A stretch of 64,000 bases of DNA, taken from Centroscyllium fabricii. Lineage: Eukaryota. Positions 12,993 through 26,276 of the stretch are shown piece by piece; the first letter of the stretch is position 1; each line of letters starts with the position of its first letter. Location: the NCBI GenBank assembly GCA_051313645.2, contig JBNRSN020000010.1:9114001-9178000 (forward strand), read 5' to 3'. Under the pieces are notes generated by a model. That model was not told the origin of the DNA. It searched no databases and worked only from the letters and a program-made list of their open reading frames with translations. A program made the position numbers and the translations under genes.

Positions 12993-15174
12993 CCATGATT
13001 TGAAGGTGCCACTGTTGGACTGGGGTGGACAGATGTAAGAAGTCACACAACACCAGGTTGCAGTCCAACAGTTTTACTTGAAATCACAAGCTTTCAGAGC
13101 ACTGCTCCTTCGTCAGGTGACGTGAAGAGATGCACATAAGCAAAGCATATAAAGTCAGAAAACAATGCTTGAAGATTACAGGTAATTTTGCAAACTGCCC
13201 CTTTATCACACCTCGGCAAAGAGAGAATCTCCGCAATTATGGGTGTAATTGGTGTCGAAACATGTCAGTCAGCAACACATTCCATCAAAGAACAATGAGG
13301 AGGGGTCACAAGGGGTCAAATGTTGCACATGCTGTATGAACCGCAAAAAAACAAACAAGCAGTAAAAAATAAAATGAAATACAAAATGTTTTTCTGGAAA
13401 TCACAGCATGTCCAGCCGCATCTGTGTAGGGAGAAGCTGCCAAGGACGACCCAAGTCTGGATGATGCTACATCAGGTGGGGTTATATGTAGCGTGACATG
13501 AAGCTAAGATCCCAGTTGAGACCATCCTCATGAGTGCGAACTTGGCTATCAGTTTCTGCTCGACGATTTTGCGTCGTCGTGTGTCTCGAAGGTAACCCTG
13601 GAGACTTCTTCACTGCACAGGATCTCCAACCAACGCTGTACACCAGATACAACGACGACATTTTCCTCCAATGGACCCACGGTGAAAAATCACTGAAAAG
13701 ACTACACGTTAACATCAACAAGTTCCATCCCACTATCAAACGCACCATGGACTACTCCTCAGAATCGGTGTCATTTTTGGACACACGAATCACCATCAAA
13801 GACGGACACATCAGCACTTCACTCTACTGCAAGCCCACTGAAAACCTCAGGACGTTCCACTTCTGCAGCTTCCACCCTAACGACGTTAAATAATCCATCC
13901 CCTATGGACAAGCCCTGCGAATACACAGGATCTGCTCAGGCGAGGAGGAATGTGATGGACACCTGCAGACGCTGAAAGAAGCCCTCGTAAGAACAGGATA
14001 TAACACTCGACTGGTCAATCGACAGTTCTGACGTTGCACAGCGAAATATCGCATAGACCTCCTCAAAAGACAAACATAAGACACAGCCAACATAGTACCT
14101 TTGTACGTCCAGTACTCCCCCGGAGCGGAGTAACTATGCCATGTTATTCGCAGCCTTCAACATGTCATCCATGATGACAAACACCTCACTAAGGCCATCC
14201 CCACGCCTCCACCACTCGTCTTCAAACAGCTGCCTAACCTCCAACAGACCATCGTTCGCAGCAAATTATCCAGCTTTCAGGAGAACAGCAACCACAACAC
14301 CACACAACACTGCCTCAGCAACCTCTGCAAGACATGCCAGATCATCAACACAGTTAACACCAACACACGTGAGGACACCACCCACTGGTTACATGGTATA
14401 TTCTCATGTAAATTGGCTAAAGTTGTCTACCTCATACGTTGCAGGAAAGGATGCCCCGGAGCATGGTACATCGGCGAGACCATGCAGACACTGCGACCAC
14501 GGATGAACGGACACTGCGCAAGAATCGCCAGGCAGGAGTATTCCCTCCCAGTCGGGGAGCACTTCAGCTGTCAAGGACATTCAGCCTCCGATCTTCAGGT
14601 AAGCATTCTCAAAGGTGGCCTTCGAGACACACGACAATGCAAAATCGTCGAGCAGAACTTGATAGCCAAGTTCCGCACTCATGAGGATGGTCTCAACCGG
14701 GATCTTGGCTTCATATCATGTTACATGTTACCCCACCTGACGTAGAGTCATCCAGACTCGAGTCGTCATTGGCTGATTCTTTCTACCATGATGCGGCTGG
14801 ACATGCTGTGATTTCCAGAAAAAACTTTTTTATTTCATTTAATTTTTTACTGTTTGTTTGTTTTTTTGCTTTTCATACAGCATGTGCAACATTTGACCTC
14901 TTGTGACCACATCTCATTGTTCTTTGATGGAATGTTCTGCTGACTGACCTGTTTGGACACCATTTACACCCATTATTGCGGTGATTATCTCTCTGCCGAG
15001 GTGTGATAAAGGACAGTTGGAAACATTTCCTGTAATCATCAAGCATTGTTTTCTGACTATATATGCTGTGACTATGTGCATCATTTCACTTCACCTGATG
15101 GAGCAGCGCTCCAAAATCTTGTGATTTCAAATAAAACTGTTGGACTATAACCTGGTGTTGTGTGACTTCTTACA
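12993..15174 (+). mobile_element. Penelope-like element (partial RT + GIY-YIG endonuclease) with an inverted 3'-end copy on the left; 12-bp TSD
   Basis: YTRYNDDIF...VSFLDT...LYCKPT (13534-13893); VVYLIRCRKGCPGAWYIGET (14413-14745); 12993-13590 is the reverse complement of the 3' end; CTGATAAAAAGG at 12981-12992 and 15175-15186. Confidence 0.92.
13084..13120 (-). ncRNA. Minimal type I hammerhead ribozyme motif in a Penelope pseudo-LTR
   Basis: Minus strand TCAC-CTGACGA-AGGAGC-AGT-GCTCT-GAAA-GC-TT-GTGA: CUGANGA and GAAA boxes, helices I and II. The + strand counterpart at 15091-15124 is degenerate. Confidence 0.75.
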
Positions 15175-15405
15175 CTGATAAAAAGGGGTCGTTATGGCTG
15201 ATATTTTTCAGCATAATTTTTCAATATTTACCCCGATAAAATACGCTTAAAAAATCGGAATCCTACTGCAAATGCGATATAGCTCGCTGCAGCTTGCGAT
15301 CCCCCGCTGGCCTTCTTGGAATTACATGGAGTACCTGCAATTCGGAGCACACACGCATGAGTATCCAGCTCCAAAATGAACCGCGGTCACCCTAATTTTA
15401 GGGCC

Positions 15406-18400
15406 ATTGTTATCCTACACTTACACTAGTGTGTATACTTCTCCTCCAGTATTACAGGTGTACTACACGTACACTTGAGTGTATACTTCTACTCTGTTCT
15501 AATTGATGAACTAAGCTCACACTAGAGTGGACACTGCTCTTCCGCTATTATTGGTGTGCTACAGTTACACGAGAGTTGACACTATTCCTCTGGTATTAAT
15601 GATGCACTGCCCTTAAACTAGATTTGACACAGCTCCTCCGGTATTATTGGTAAATTACACTTACACTGGAGTTGTAACTGCTCCTCCAGTATGATTGCTG
15701 CGCTGCATTTACACTAGAGTTGACTCTCTCCGATATTATTGGTGCTCTATACTTACACTTGAGTTGACACTGCTATTCACGCATTATTGGTGCACTACAC
15801 TTGCACTAGAGTTGACACTACTCCTCCGGTTTTATTAGGGCACTCCCCTTAATCTAGAGTGGACACTTCTCCTCTGGTATTACTGTTGCACTACACTGAC
15901 ACTAGATTTGACAATGCTCCTCCGTTATTATTGGCGAATGACATTTATACTACAATTGACACTGCTTCTCTGGTATAATTGGTGCAATCCACTTACATTA
16001 GAGTGGAAACTGCTCCTCCGGCATTATTGCTGCACCACAATTACATTAGAATTGAAACTACTCCTCCAATATTAATGGTGCAGCACACTTACACTAGAGT
16101 TGACACTGCTCCTCCGGTATTATTGGTGCACGACACTTAATCTAGATTTGATACTGCTCCTCCGGTATTATTCGTGCATTATATTTCCACTAGAGTGGAT
16201 TCTCCTCCCCCGTTATTATTGCTGCACTACATTTACACTAGTTTTGACACGGCTCCTCCTGTATTAATGGCGCATTACATTTTCAGTAGAGTTGACACTG
16301 CTCCTCGGGGATTATAGGTGCACACAAATTACACTAGATTTGACACTGCTCCTCCGGCATTTTTGGTGCACGAAACGTTTTCTAGATTTGACACTGCTCC
16401 TCCGCTATTATTGGTGCAGTAAACTTACAATAGGCTTGACAATGTTCCTCCGGTATTATTGATGCACTACAATTACACTCGGTATGACACTGCTCCTCCG
16501 GTATTATTGGTGCTATATATTACAATAGACTTGACACAGCTCCTCCAGTATTGTTGGTGCACTACACATACACTAGAGGTGACACTGTTCCTGCAGTGTA
16601 AATGGTGCACTGCATTTACACTAGAGTTGATACTGTTCCTCTGGTGGTATTGGTGAACTACACATACACTAGACGCGAAATGGCTCATCTGGTGTTTCTG
16701 GTGCACTTAACATACACTAGAGTTGACACGGCTCCTCCAGTACTACCGTTGCACTACACTTACACTAGAGTTTAGACTGCTCCTCCAGTATTATTGTTGC
16801 TTTACACTTGCACTAGAGTAGACAAAGCTTCTCCGTTATTATTGCTGCACTACAGTTACACGTGTTTTTTCACTGCTCCTCCGGTGTTACTGCTGCACTT
16901 CACTTGCACAAGTGTTGTCACTGCTTCTGCAATATTATTTTTGCACTGCACTTACACTAGAGTGGATACTGATCCTTCAGTATTACTGGTGCGACACACT
17001 TACACTAGACTTGATACTGGTAGCATTTGTGAAGTACACTTACACTAGAGCGGACACTGCTCCATCGGTATTATTGGTGCACTACACTTACACTAGTGTT
17101 GACACTGCTCCTCGAGTATTATAGGTGCACTACACTTGAATTAGATTTTACACTGCTCCTCCGGTGTTATTGGTGACTACACTTACACTAGAGTGGATAT
17201 TACTCCTCCGGTCTTGTTTGTGCACTACACTTGCACTAGATTATATACTGCTGCTCGAGTATTATAGGTGGACTACACGTACAGTCGAGTGGTTACTTCT
17301 CCTCCATTCTAATTGAAGCACTGCATTTACACTAGAATGGACACTGCTGCTCCGCTGTTTTTGGTGCTCTAAAATTTCAGGAGAGTTGACACTGCTCCTC
17401 CGGTATTATTGGTGCTTTACACTTACACTGGTGTTTTAACTGCTCCTCCAGTATGATTGTTGCACTACATTTACACTATTGTTGACTCTGTTCCTCTGCG
17501 ATTATTGGTGCACTTCACTTACACTAGATTTGACACTGCTAATCAACTATTATTGGTGCACTACACTTGCACAAAGTTGGCACTGCTCCTCCGGTGTTAT
17601 TGGTGTAATGAACTTTTGCTAGATTTGGCACTGCTCCTCTGGTATTATCGGTGCACAACACTTACAAGAGATTTGCCACTGTTCATCCGGGATTATTGGT
17701 GCACTACAATTATATTAGAGGTGATACAGTTCCTCTGGTATTATTGGTGCACTACACTTACACTAGAGTGTGCGCAGCTCCTCTGGTATTAATGATGCAC
17801 TGCACTTAAACGAGATTTGACGCTACTCCTCCGGTATTACTGGTACACTACACTTGCAGTAGAGTTGACACTGTTCCACCGGTTCTATTGGTGTGCTACA
17901 CTAACACTAGAGGTGACAGTGCTCCTTCTGTGTTATTGGTGCATTGCACTTACACTAGAGTTAAAGCTGCTCCTCCTTTATTATTGGTGCACTGCACTTA
18001 CAGTAGATTTGATACTGTTCCACAGGTGCTATTGGTACACCATCCTTAGACTAGAGTTGGCACTTCTCCTCCGGTATTATTGGCGCACTGCACCTACACC
18101 AGATTTGACACTGCTCCTCCAGTATTTTTGGTGCACTACACTTACACTAGATTTGAAAATGTTCCTCCGGTATTAATGTTGCACTACACTTAGACTAGAG
18201 TGGACACTGCTCCTCCATTATTATTGGTGCACTACACTTACACTAAGTGGACACTGCTCATCTGGTAGTATTGGTGCACTACACTTGCACTTGCGAGGAC
18301 AATGCTCCTCCGGTTTTATTGGTGCACCACGATTATACTAGCGTGGACACTGATTCTCCTACATTAATGATGTTCTACACCTACACTAGAGTGTACCCTG

Positions 18401-18790
18401 CTCCTCCTGTAATATTGGAGCAGGTCACTAACACTAGAGTTGAAATTGCTCCTCCGGTATTATTTTTGCACTACATTTTCACTAGAATTGATACCGCTTC
18501 TCCAGTATTATTGCTGAAATACACTTACACTAGATTTGACACTGTTGCTCCTGTATTATTTGTGAACTACATTTGTACTGGGATTGAGACTGCTTCTCCA
18601 GTATTATTGGTGCACTTCAATTAGCTAGATTTTACACTTTTGCTCCGCTATTATTGGTGTACAACACTTACACTAGATTTGACACTGTTGTTCCAGTATC
18701 ATTGCTGCACTACAATTACACTAGAGTTGACACTGCTCCTCCGGTGTTATTGGTACCCACACCTACAACAGAGTGAATACTTCTCCTCCC
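15406..18790 (+). repeat. 48-bp tandem repeat array, part 2
   Basis: Same consensus as 7710-12500, resuming right after the MITE. Confidence 0.95.
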
Positions 18791-19610
18791 TAACTGTTCT
18801 CCGATGCTAGTGGTGCCCTACACTATATGTAACAGTTCCCCGGTACGAGTGGTACAATACACTAGATATAGCAGTTCTCCAGTGCTAATCGTAAACTACA
18901 CGGGATGTAACAGTTCTCCAGTGCTCGTGGTACCTAACACTAGATGTAACAGCTCTCCGGTACTAGTGATACCCTACACTAGATGTAACCGTTCTCTTGT
19001 ACTAGTGGTACCTTACACCAGATGCAGCAGTTCTACAGTACTTGTGGTACCCTACACCAGAAGTAACGTTTCTCCGGTACTAGTGGTACCCTACACTAGA
19101 AGTAACCGTTCTCTTGTACTAGTGGTACCTTACACAAGATGCAGCAGTTATCCAGTTCTTGTGGTACCCAGCACCAGATCTGACAGTTCTCCAGTACTAG
19201 AGGTACCCTCCATTCGATGTAATTCTTCTCAGTTGCTAGTGGTGCACTACACTTTATGTAACAGTTCTCAGTATCTATTGGTACCCTATACTAGATGTAA
19301 CAGTTCTCCGGTACTAGTGGTAGCCTACACTAGATGTGACAGTTCTCAGTTACTTGTGGTACGCTGCACTTCTACTAGGGGTGACCGTGATTCTCGGGTA
19401 CTGGTATTAGCCCCGCACTTAAAGTGATGTTGCCGTTCTCTTCTGGTACCACTAGTATCCTACACTTTCACTCCAACTTAGCATATTGCTCTGGTAGGTG
19501 CAACCTACACGAGAGATGAACATGCTGCTTCTGTACTAGTGGTACACCGCACTTACATTAAAGGTGACTATGCTCGTCCAATACTAGTTCTGTTCCACAC
19601 TTAAAATGTA
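18790..19610 (+). repeat. 39-bp variant tandem repeat
   Basis: Unit TACACTAGATGTAACAGTTCTCCGGTACTAGTGGTACCC; 13-aa periodicity (YTRCNSSPVLVVP) in ORF 18804-19427. Confidence 0.9.
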
Positions 19611-21263
19611 TGACAACGAATTTGCAGCAGGGAACCAGCCCTTTAGGCCCATCATGTCCATGTCAGTATTTATGCTCCACAGGAGCCTCATCCCGTCTTT
19701 ATCGCACCCCATCAACATATCATTCTATTACTTTTTCCCTCATATGTTTATTTAGCTTTACACGAATCTATACTATTCTCCTCAAATACTCCATGTGGTG
19801 GCGAGTTCCACATTCTAACCATTCTCTGGGTAAATACGATTTGCCTGCATTTCCTATTGAATTTATTAGTGAACATCTTATAATTGTAGCCCTTATTTCT
19901 GTTCTCGCCTGTCATGGAAATATCTTCTCTACGTCTCCCCTATCAAACCCTTTCATAATCTTAAAGTCCTCTCTGAGGTCACCCCTCAGTTTTCTCTTTT
20001 CTGTTGAATCTTTCCTGCTAGGTGAGTTCTGGTATAATTGACCTTTAACTTTTTGCACTTTTTCCAGTGTCTGTATACATTTTATAATATTGAGACCGCA
20101 ATGTGCACAATACATCAAGTGTGGTCTAACCAAGTGCTATACAATTTTAATATAGCTTCTTCGTTTTCAAATACTATCTCGCTAGAAAGGTACCCCAGTG
20201 CTTTGTTTACTTTTGTGGCCTTATTATCCACATTGCTACTTATGATGATTTGTGTATCCGTACCCGTAGATACGTCAGTTCCTCTACCACATTTAGAGAC
20301 TTTTCCAATGAGTATGTGCCCTACTTATTCTTCCTATCAAAATGTATCGACTCACATTTATCTATATTAACGTTCACTTGCCAATTACATGCTGATTCTG
20401 CAGTTTTATTAATGTGCTCCTGTATCTTATCGCAGTATTCCTCAGTATTAACTTTACCACCTTTCTCAATTTGCTGCTATTTGTAAATTTTAAAATTATT
20501 CTTCCGATTCCAGAGTCCAAAATCGTTTACTTAAGTGGTGAACGCCAGAGGTCCCTGCACCGATCTTTGTGGAACATTACTTCCTACCAGTTACCATTCT
20601 AAGTAAATACCTTTAACCCCTACCCTCTGCTTTTAATTTGGAACCAGCTTGCTAACCTTTCTGCTACATGTCTTCTGACTCCATGTTCTGACATTAGCCA
20701 TGAGTCTAACATGCAGTACCTAATCAAAGGCTTTAAAAAAATATCCAAATATAGTACATCTACTGCATGTCACTTAACTGCCCTTTCTTTGACTTCTTCA
20801 AAGAATTCCATAACGTTCGTCAAGTGTGACCTTCCCTTTTGGAATCGGTGTTGACTACTCTTTAATATATTTTCAGTTTCTGGATGATTTTCTATTGCAT
20901 CTTTAATAAGGATTATAGAACCTTTACACCACCTGCGTTAAAGAAATTGGGCTATGTCCGAGACATGTTGTATCTCCTTTTTTACATGTAGGAATCACAT
21001 TAGTTGTCGACCAGTCCTCTGACGTTATTCGCTGTACTAATTATTTTCAATATATAGGTAATGGTGACCCTGTTAGCTCTTCTGAAACATATTTTAGTGT
21101 GTGAGGTTGCAATCCCTCCAGATCAGGGTATTTATTCTCCCTAAGTTTGAGCAGTTTCATAATTATCATGCTCCCTTTCTATCTTAAATGTCTTTATATC
21201 TTTTTTGACCAATGTCCTGTCCAGCATATTATTCTCCCTGGTAAATAATGAGGCAAAGTCGTT

Positions 21264-21447
21264 GGCCTAAAAATTCATCTCAGGCGGTGGTGGAAGATGG
21301 ACGCTACCGAATCGGCCGCACGTTACACGCAGCACCTGATAGTCAGATCCATTGACTGAAATAGAATGGAATATCAGGTGCTGCGTATATCGGGCGGCCA
21401 ATCCGATGCCGGCTGTTTGCGCCACCACCCAGACGAATTGTCAGCCC
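21264..21447. mobile_element. Palindromic MITE (184 bp)
   Basis: Arms ATCGGCCGCACGTTACACGCAGCACCTGATA and TATCAGGTGCTGCGTATATCGGGCGGCCAAT are reverse complements; ends GGCCTAAAAATTC and GAATTGTCAGCCC; central CCATTGAC...AATGG. Confidence 0.75.
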
Positions 21448-22502
21448 AATTATTTAATATTTCTATTGTCATTAACTGTGGTTATTTATGTGTATGTAGA
21501 ATAGATTACTATTGCTTTTGATATTCCTTGGTCATTTATTTTCAGAATTTTTCATTGTCTTTCTAGTTGTTTTATGACTGATTTCCCAACCTTTTCATAT
21601 TTTCACATTCCCTTTTGCCATCCTTTCATTTTATGTCTATGTACTTAGTGTATGCTGTTTTTTCTAGTTTCAATTTTGCCCTTACTTACTTATTCTTTCA
21701 TGGTGTGTCGCTACTGCCTAGTTTGTTCTTGCTTTTTAGTGAGATATACTTCTCCTGGACTCTATTGATCACCGTTTTAAATGTTTTCAACTTATGTTTT
21801 ATTTCTATGTTTGTTAGAAAATTTTACAGTTTATTTTCCCTCGTTCCATTCTTATCCCCTTAAAATCAACCTTTTTCCCAAGTTACTTCTTTTTCTTTGT
21901 CTTATGTCCTTTGAAATCTTTATTTGAAATCTTATTATGTTGTGATCGCTATTGCCTAGATGTTCTTCTTCACTTATCTCTCTGATCTGTAGCGCTTCAT
22001 TCTCCATTCCTATTTACATCAGTGCTCCCTCCCTTGTTAGAATTTTTACATACTTGGCAAAACAGGAGTCTTGCACACATTGTACATTTCTCCTTTGCCT
22101 GTACCTCTTTCACTACCTCTTATAGCCAGTTTATTGGACATAGTTAAAATATCCCATGACTATTGATCTATGTCCTTTACTCATTTCAAATATCTGCTGA
22201 CATGTTTATTCCTCCAACTCATTTCCACTATTAGGTGTTTTTTTTAGAATACTCCTATTAGCGTGATTGATCCCTTATGGTCTTTCATTTTAATCTATAC
22301 ATATTATTTTTCCGTTCTTCTGTTAGTTACGTCCATTGTGTCTACTGCAATTATGTCATTTCTAATTATTACAGCTACCCCATGCCCTTCTTGATTCTCT
22401 TTTCTTTCTGCGTATGTTATAAGTAGTAATACGTATTTCCCAGCCCTGTACTTTATGCAGCGACTTTTCAGTTATTCCTACCGCATTTGCTTCCCTGTTA
22501 CC

Positions 22503-22889
22503 GACTGTTGCCTCATAGCACTGGAGACCCGGGTTCAAATCCAGCCTCGGGTACTATCTGTGAGGAGTTTGCACATTCTCCCCGTGTCTGCGTGGGTTTC
22601 CTCCGGGTGCTCCGGTTTCCTCCCACAGTCCAAGGATATGCGGGTTAGGTTGATTGGCCAGGATAAATTGACCCTTAGTGTTAGGGGGATTGAATATGTG
22701 GGGTTACGGGGATAGGGTGGGATATTTGTCGGTGCAGGCTCGATAGGGATCGGGGGATGTGGGGAGAGGGCAGGGACGGGGTGCTGGGTTTGGATGATCA
22801 GCCATGATCTCGTTGAATGGCTGGGCAGGCTCGAGGGTACGAATGGCCTGCTCCTGCTCCTAATTTCTATGTTTCTATGTTTCTATGTT
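22503..22889 (+). mobile_element. HE1-type V-SINE, long-tail form, 5'-truncated
   Basis: B-box GGGTTCAAATCC, V-domain, CR1 tail (TTTCTATG)n. Confidence 0.9.
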
Positions 22890-24029
22890 CCTTCGTTTTA
22901 TTTTGGATGCTGTGTACATTGCTGTACAGTTCGTCTTTAACATATGTTCATTTTACTTTATTTTTGAAGTTCATTAATACTTCTGCTATTCTCTGACCGT
23001 TTATGTTACCTTGTTCCTTACCTTGGTCTGACCTTTACTCTCGTCTCCTATTTGTTTGTCTTCAAACTCTTTTATTTTCATCAGATCCCTCCCTCCATCT
23101 TAGTAGTTTAACATTCTAACAACAGTGTTAGTACACTGCTCGCATGCAGGTTCAGTTGGATTGTATCACTCCTGTACATTTCGATGACCAAATGCTCACT
23201 ACATGTCTCTGCTTTATAACCTACAGTAAATGAGGGATTGACTACTGTAGTGCTTCTCAGTATTACGCAGTACTCTTTTTTTCTGATGGATTCATTCTCA
23301 CTTCGCTGTCATACAAGTCTTTTTAAAAATAATCTTTTCTCCCTTTCCCAAGGCTAGCTTCCTACAGGTCTTAAGTTTATATCAAAAGTACTTTTAAATA
23401 CCATAATTCATAATGTCATTCTTGTCTTTGTTGTCACTAGGCTTATTTAATGTATTCGTACCAACAAGCTATAGGAAAACATTACATTTCATATGTTTTA
23501 ATGGTGTGCCAGTGCACGTGTATGATAATTAATCTCAAATCGCTTCCATAACTACCACTGTCAGTGACAGAGCAGTAACCATCAGTATTTACCCTGATGT
23601 TACAGACTCAATGCTCTGTGCAGACACAGCCCATTTTGAGAGGACCGAATTTAAAATTGCATTCTGAGTGCTTTTCACAATTCAAGTGAACATAATGTGA
23701 AAGTTCCTCACTCCTACCATCATGTTTTATTGAAATCCCAGTGACAATACTGCCTGTGTAAAGTGATCTTTGTGCACAATGTAGTTGTCTTTTATTGTAA
23801 GCCTGAAATTGTTCTTCATTCGATACTGAAGCCAGTTTGTCAGTTGCTCTGCATTCCAGAGTCAACATATCAAGGTTAAAATGGTCGGGTTTTTTTTTCC
23901 TCTGCTTCTTGATTTTTTTTTGGCCGGATTAAAGGGCAAATTGACCGAGCAGTCAGAGATCTTTTATAGGTGTGGTCCATCCTTCTGCACAGTAAACGTG
24001 ACTGAAAATTACTAAACTTTGTGTTTCAG

Positions 24030-24108
24030 CAACAGGCACATCTACTGTGCTGGAAGACAGGGTTTATGTAAAATTACTTCTGAAGCACCAGGAAACAGTG
24101 GACAATGA
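24030..24108 (+). CDS. Candidate terminal coding exon: (H)NRHIYCAGRQGLCKITSEAPGNSGQ*
   Basis: Acceptor ACTAAACTTTGTGTTTCAG|C; joins in frame to 7223-7316 (CA+C = His); TGA at 24106-24108; AATAAA at 24874-24879. An alternative frame is open to TAG at 24145. Confidence 0.45.
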
Positions 24109-25599
24109 CAGTTTCCTGATTTCCCAAGCACTATTTGATCAGTAGGGAGAATGATGTTACACGTGCAACCAGCAGTTAACTCCCAGCTGGACTGAAAACT
24201 GGCATATGACAACAGGCTGTGTGTGAAATGCGTCCAGTTCTGGTTACAGCTTGGATAGTGACAACAACCAGTATTTGGTTGATGGTCCATTGAAGAACTG
24301 AAAGCAGTTCTATATAATCCCATATCTTTTTAATTTTATACGGCCCAGAGTTCTAACCAGATGGGCTGTTGCATGAAGCCGTGACCTTTTTTGAAGGGGA
24401 GGGAATGGAAGAGATCTCTTACTGTTACAGTTCGCTGGATCAGTTTCATTTCTCTTGCATATCCTCCATGTACATTGCACGGATTTTTACTATCTTAAAG
24501 TATTGGTCGTCTGATGGCCAGGTGGGCAAAAATACTGCCCAATGCAGTACACTGTATTAAGTAATACAGACTAAAAGATCTGAAGTTCAATCCCCTGTCT
24601 GGACTGAGCTACCAAATCTCCGCAGGGCCAGCAGTCGGTGGGCTACAGTCAGGATCCCAGCTGGATATTGGTGCTCTTGTAGTTGGCTCTGTATCCATTT
24701 ATGATTGAGTAATCTACTTATGTGAGGTACCTAACGTACCTTTGGAATCGCCCCAGCAAGAGTCCACATGCTCGAAAGAGAGAGAGATGGGGAGGAAAGT
24801 TGCAAAATGTATATAGATTATTGCCTCAAAGTATTTGTTTTGAGTTACCAGTGAATGTGGACTATATATATGTAATAAAATATTCCTCCATATAAATGTG
24901 CTAAATTAACGATTTTTACACATTTCCAAATTTACACCAACCCAGTTTAAGAATTTGCATTCCTGGGGGTCAGGGGGAGTTGGTACATAAGGGAAAGATG
25001 AGGTTGGGAATAACTTCACAAAGCTTGTTTACAGGAAAGCAGCTTTTCTTGGGGTGACTATAGTGAGCGTTTTGGGCCTGCCCAGAGTTTGAAATATTCT
25101 GCAATCTGGACGTGATTTATGGCTCATCGTACCTGACGCAGCAATGATAGGAAAGGCTGATTTAGAGAGTTCAGGAAAATCTGGCTGCAGTATTGACTGT
25201 GAACATGTCGGGATGCTCGGAATAATTTGTCAATTTCTTGTAGCTGCACTTGTTCCCCGTTGCAAAGCAGAAAAATGGACTGTACAGTATAGATCTGTTG
25301 AGGCATTTCAAATCTATTTGATCCAGATTTCTAAATGTCACTACTTTGTTTCCAGGTTTGTGGTGTGTGCAGTATGTTCATGACGTAAAATGCCTCTGTT
25401 TTTAATTTTTTTAATGCATCTGCTGAATCTGATATGCTACGTGCTGGGAGGGGGCAGGGGAGAGACCGAAAGGTGGGCTTTGTTTCCTTTTGATGTGCAT
25501 CTCGTTCCACAAGCAGCTTGAAACTCAGGTATTTTTTCTCACCATTTCTCTCCATTTCCAGGACCTTTCCCAAATGGCCTTTATTTGTGTGAAAAGCCT

Positions 25600-25715
25600 T
25601 GACCGTGAATGTTGGAAGGCTATTTAACCGTCTTATAATACTCCTGTGAAGCGCCTTGGGACGTTTTACTATGTTAAAGAAAGCTGCTATATAAATATTT
25701 GTTGTTGTTGTTGGC
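25600..25715 (+). mobile_element. L2-type 3' tail fragment
   Basis: CTCCTGTGAAGCGCCTTGGGACGTTTTACTATGTTAAAG...TATATAAAT...(GTT)n; the reverse-oriented relative is at 37095-37570. Confidence 0.65.
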
Positions 25716-25737
25716 TGGCATTGCAACAGAGCCGGAT

Positions 25738-26145
25738 GGGCAGCACGGTGGCACAGTGGTTAGCACTGTTGTCTCACAGCACTGGAGACCCGGGTACAAA
25801 TCCAGCCTCGGGTGACTATATGTGTGGAGTTTGCACATTCTCCCCGTGTCTGCGTGGGTTTCCTCCGGGTGCTCCGGTTTCCTCCCACAGTCCAAAGATG
25901 TGCGCGTTAGGTTGATTGGCCAGGATAAATTGACCCTTAGTGTTAGGGTGATTGAATATGTGGGGTTACAGGGATAGGGTGGGATATGTGTCGGTGCAGG
26001 CTCGATAGGGATCGAGGGATATGGGGACAAAGCAGGGACAGGGTGCTGGGTTTGGATGATCAGCCATGATCTCATTGAATGGCAGAGCAGGCTCGAAGGG
26101 CCGAATGGCCTTCTCCTGCTCCTATCTTCTATGTTTCTATGTTTC
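25738..26145 (+). mobile_element. HE1-type V-SINE, full length, long-tail form
   Basis: A-box TGGCACAGTGG, B-box region GGGTACAAATCC, V-domain, CR1 tail. Confidence 0.92.
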
Positions 26146-26276
26146 AATGGATTGTGCCGCATCAGAACACATTCTTCCTGCCCCAGTGCGGATGCCAAAG
26201 TTTCATGAAATGGAAGCCCTGCATCCTACGCCAATTTTTCTGATACGCCCTCCTCTTTCTGATCTACATATCCGTA

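Larger units (their letters stand above)
12502..15405. mobile_element. Non-autonomous DNA transposon (MITE-like, probably PIF/Harbinger-related) split by a Penelope insertion
   Basis: Ends GGCCCAAAATTAG and CTAATTTTAGGGCC are inverted repeats; ATT on both flanks (12499-12501, 15406-15408); removing the element and one ATT restores a satellite unit. Confidence 0.65.
19630..23150 (-). mobile_element. Old, near-full-length CR1-clade LINE ORF2 (split by a MITE and a SINE)
   Basis: RKLRGDLREDFKIMKGFDR (19912-20133); AVDVLYLD-like at about 20730-20765; endonuclease remnants at 21900-22450 (LGNSDHN-like, IVMGYFN). Confidence 0.75.

Noticed and set aside
7855-18624. Many 100-180 aa ORFs with YTYTRVDTAPPVLLVH-type repeats
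   Set aside because: Artefact of a 48-bp (multiple of 3) unit; ORFs occur in two frames, with frequent stops and frameshifts and no splice structure.
18804-19427. 207-aa Cys-containing repetitive ORF
   Set aside because: Explained by a 39-bp unit whose consensus has no stop in this frame; continuous with the satellite, no independent evidence of coding.
7710-19610. CRISPR-like regular repeats
   Set aside because: Units are contiguous with no unique spacers, there are no cas genes, and the context is vertebrate.
24560-24780. Possible ancient tRNA-SINE in the putative 3' UTR
   Set aside because: Only a B-box-like GTTCAATCCC is visible; too diverged to call without a search.
25738-25810. tRNA gene (A and B boxes)
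   Set aside because: It is the tRNA-derived head of a V-SINE repeated many times in the window.
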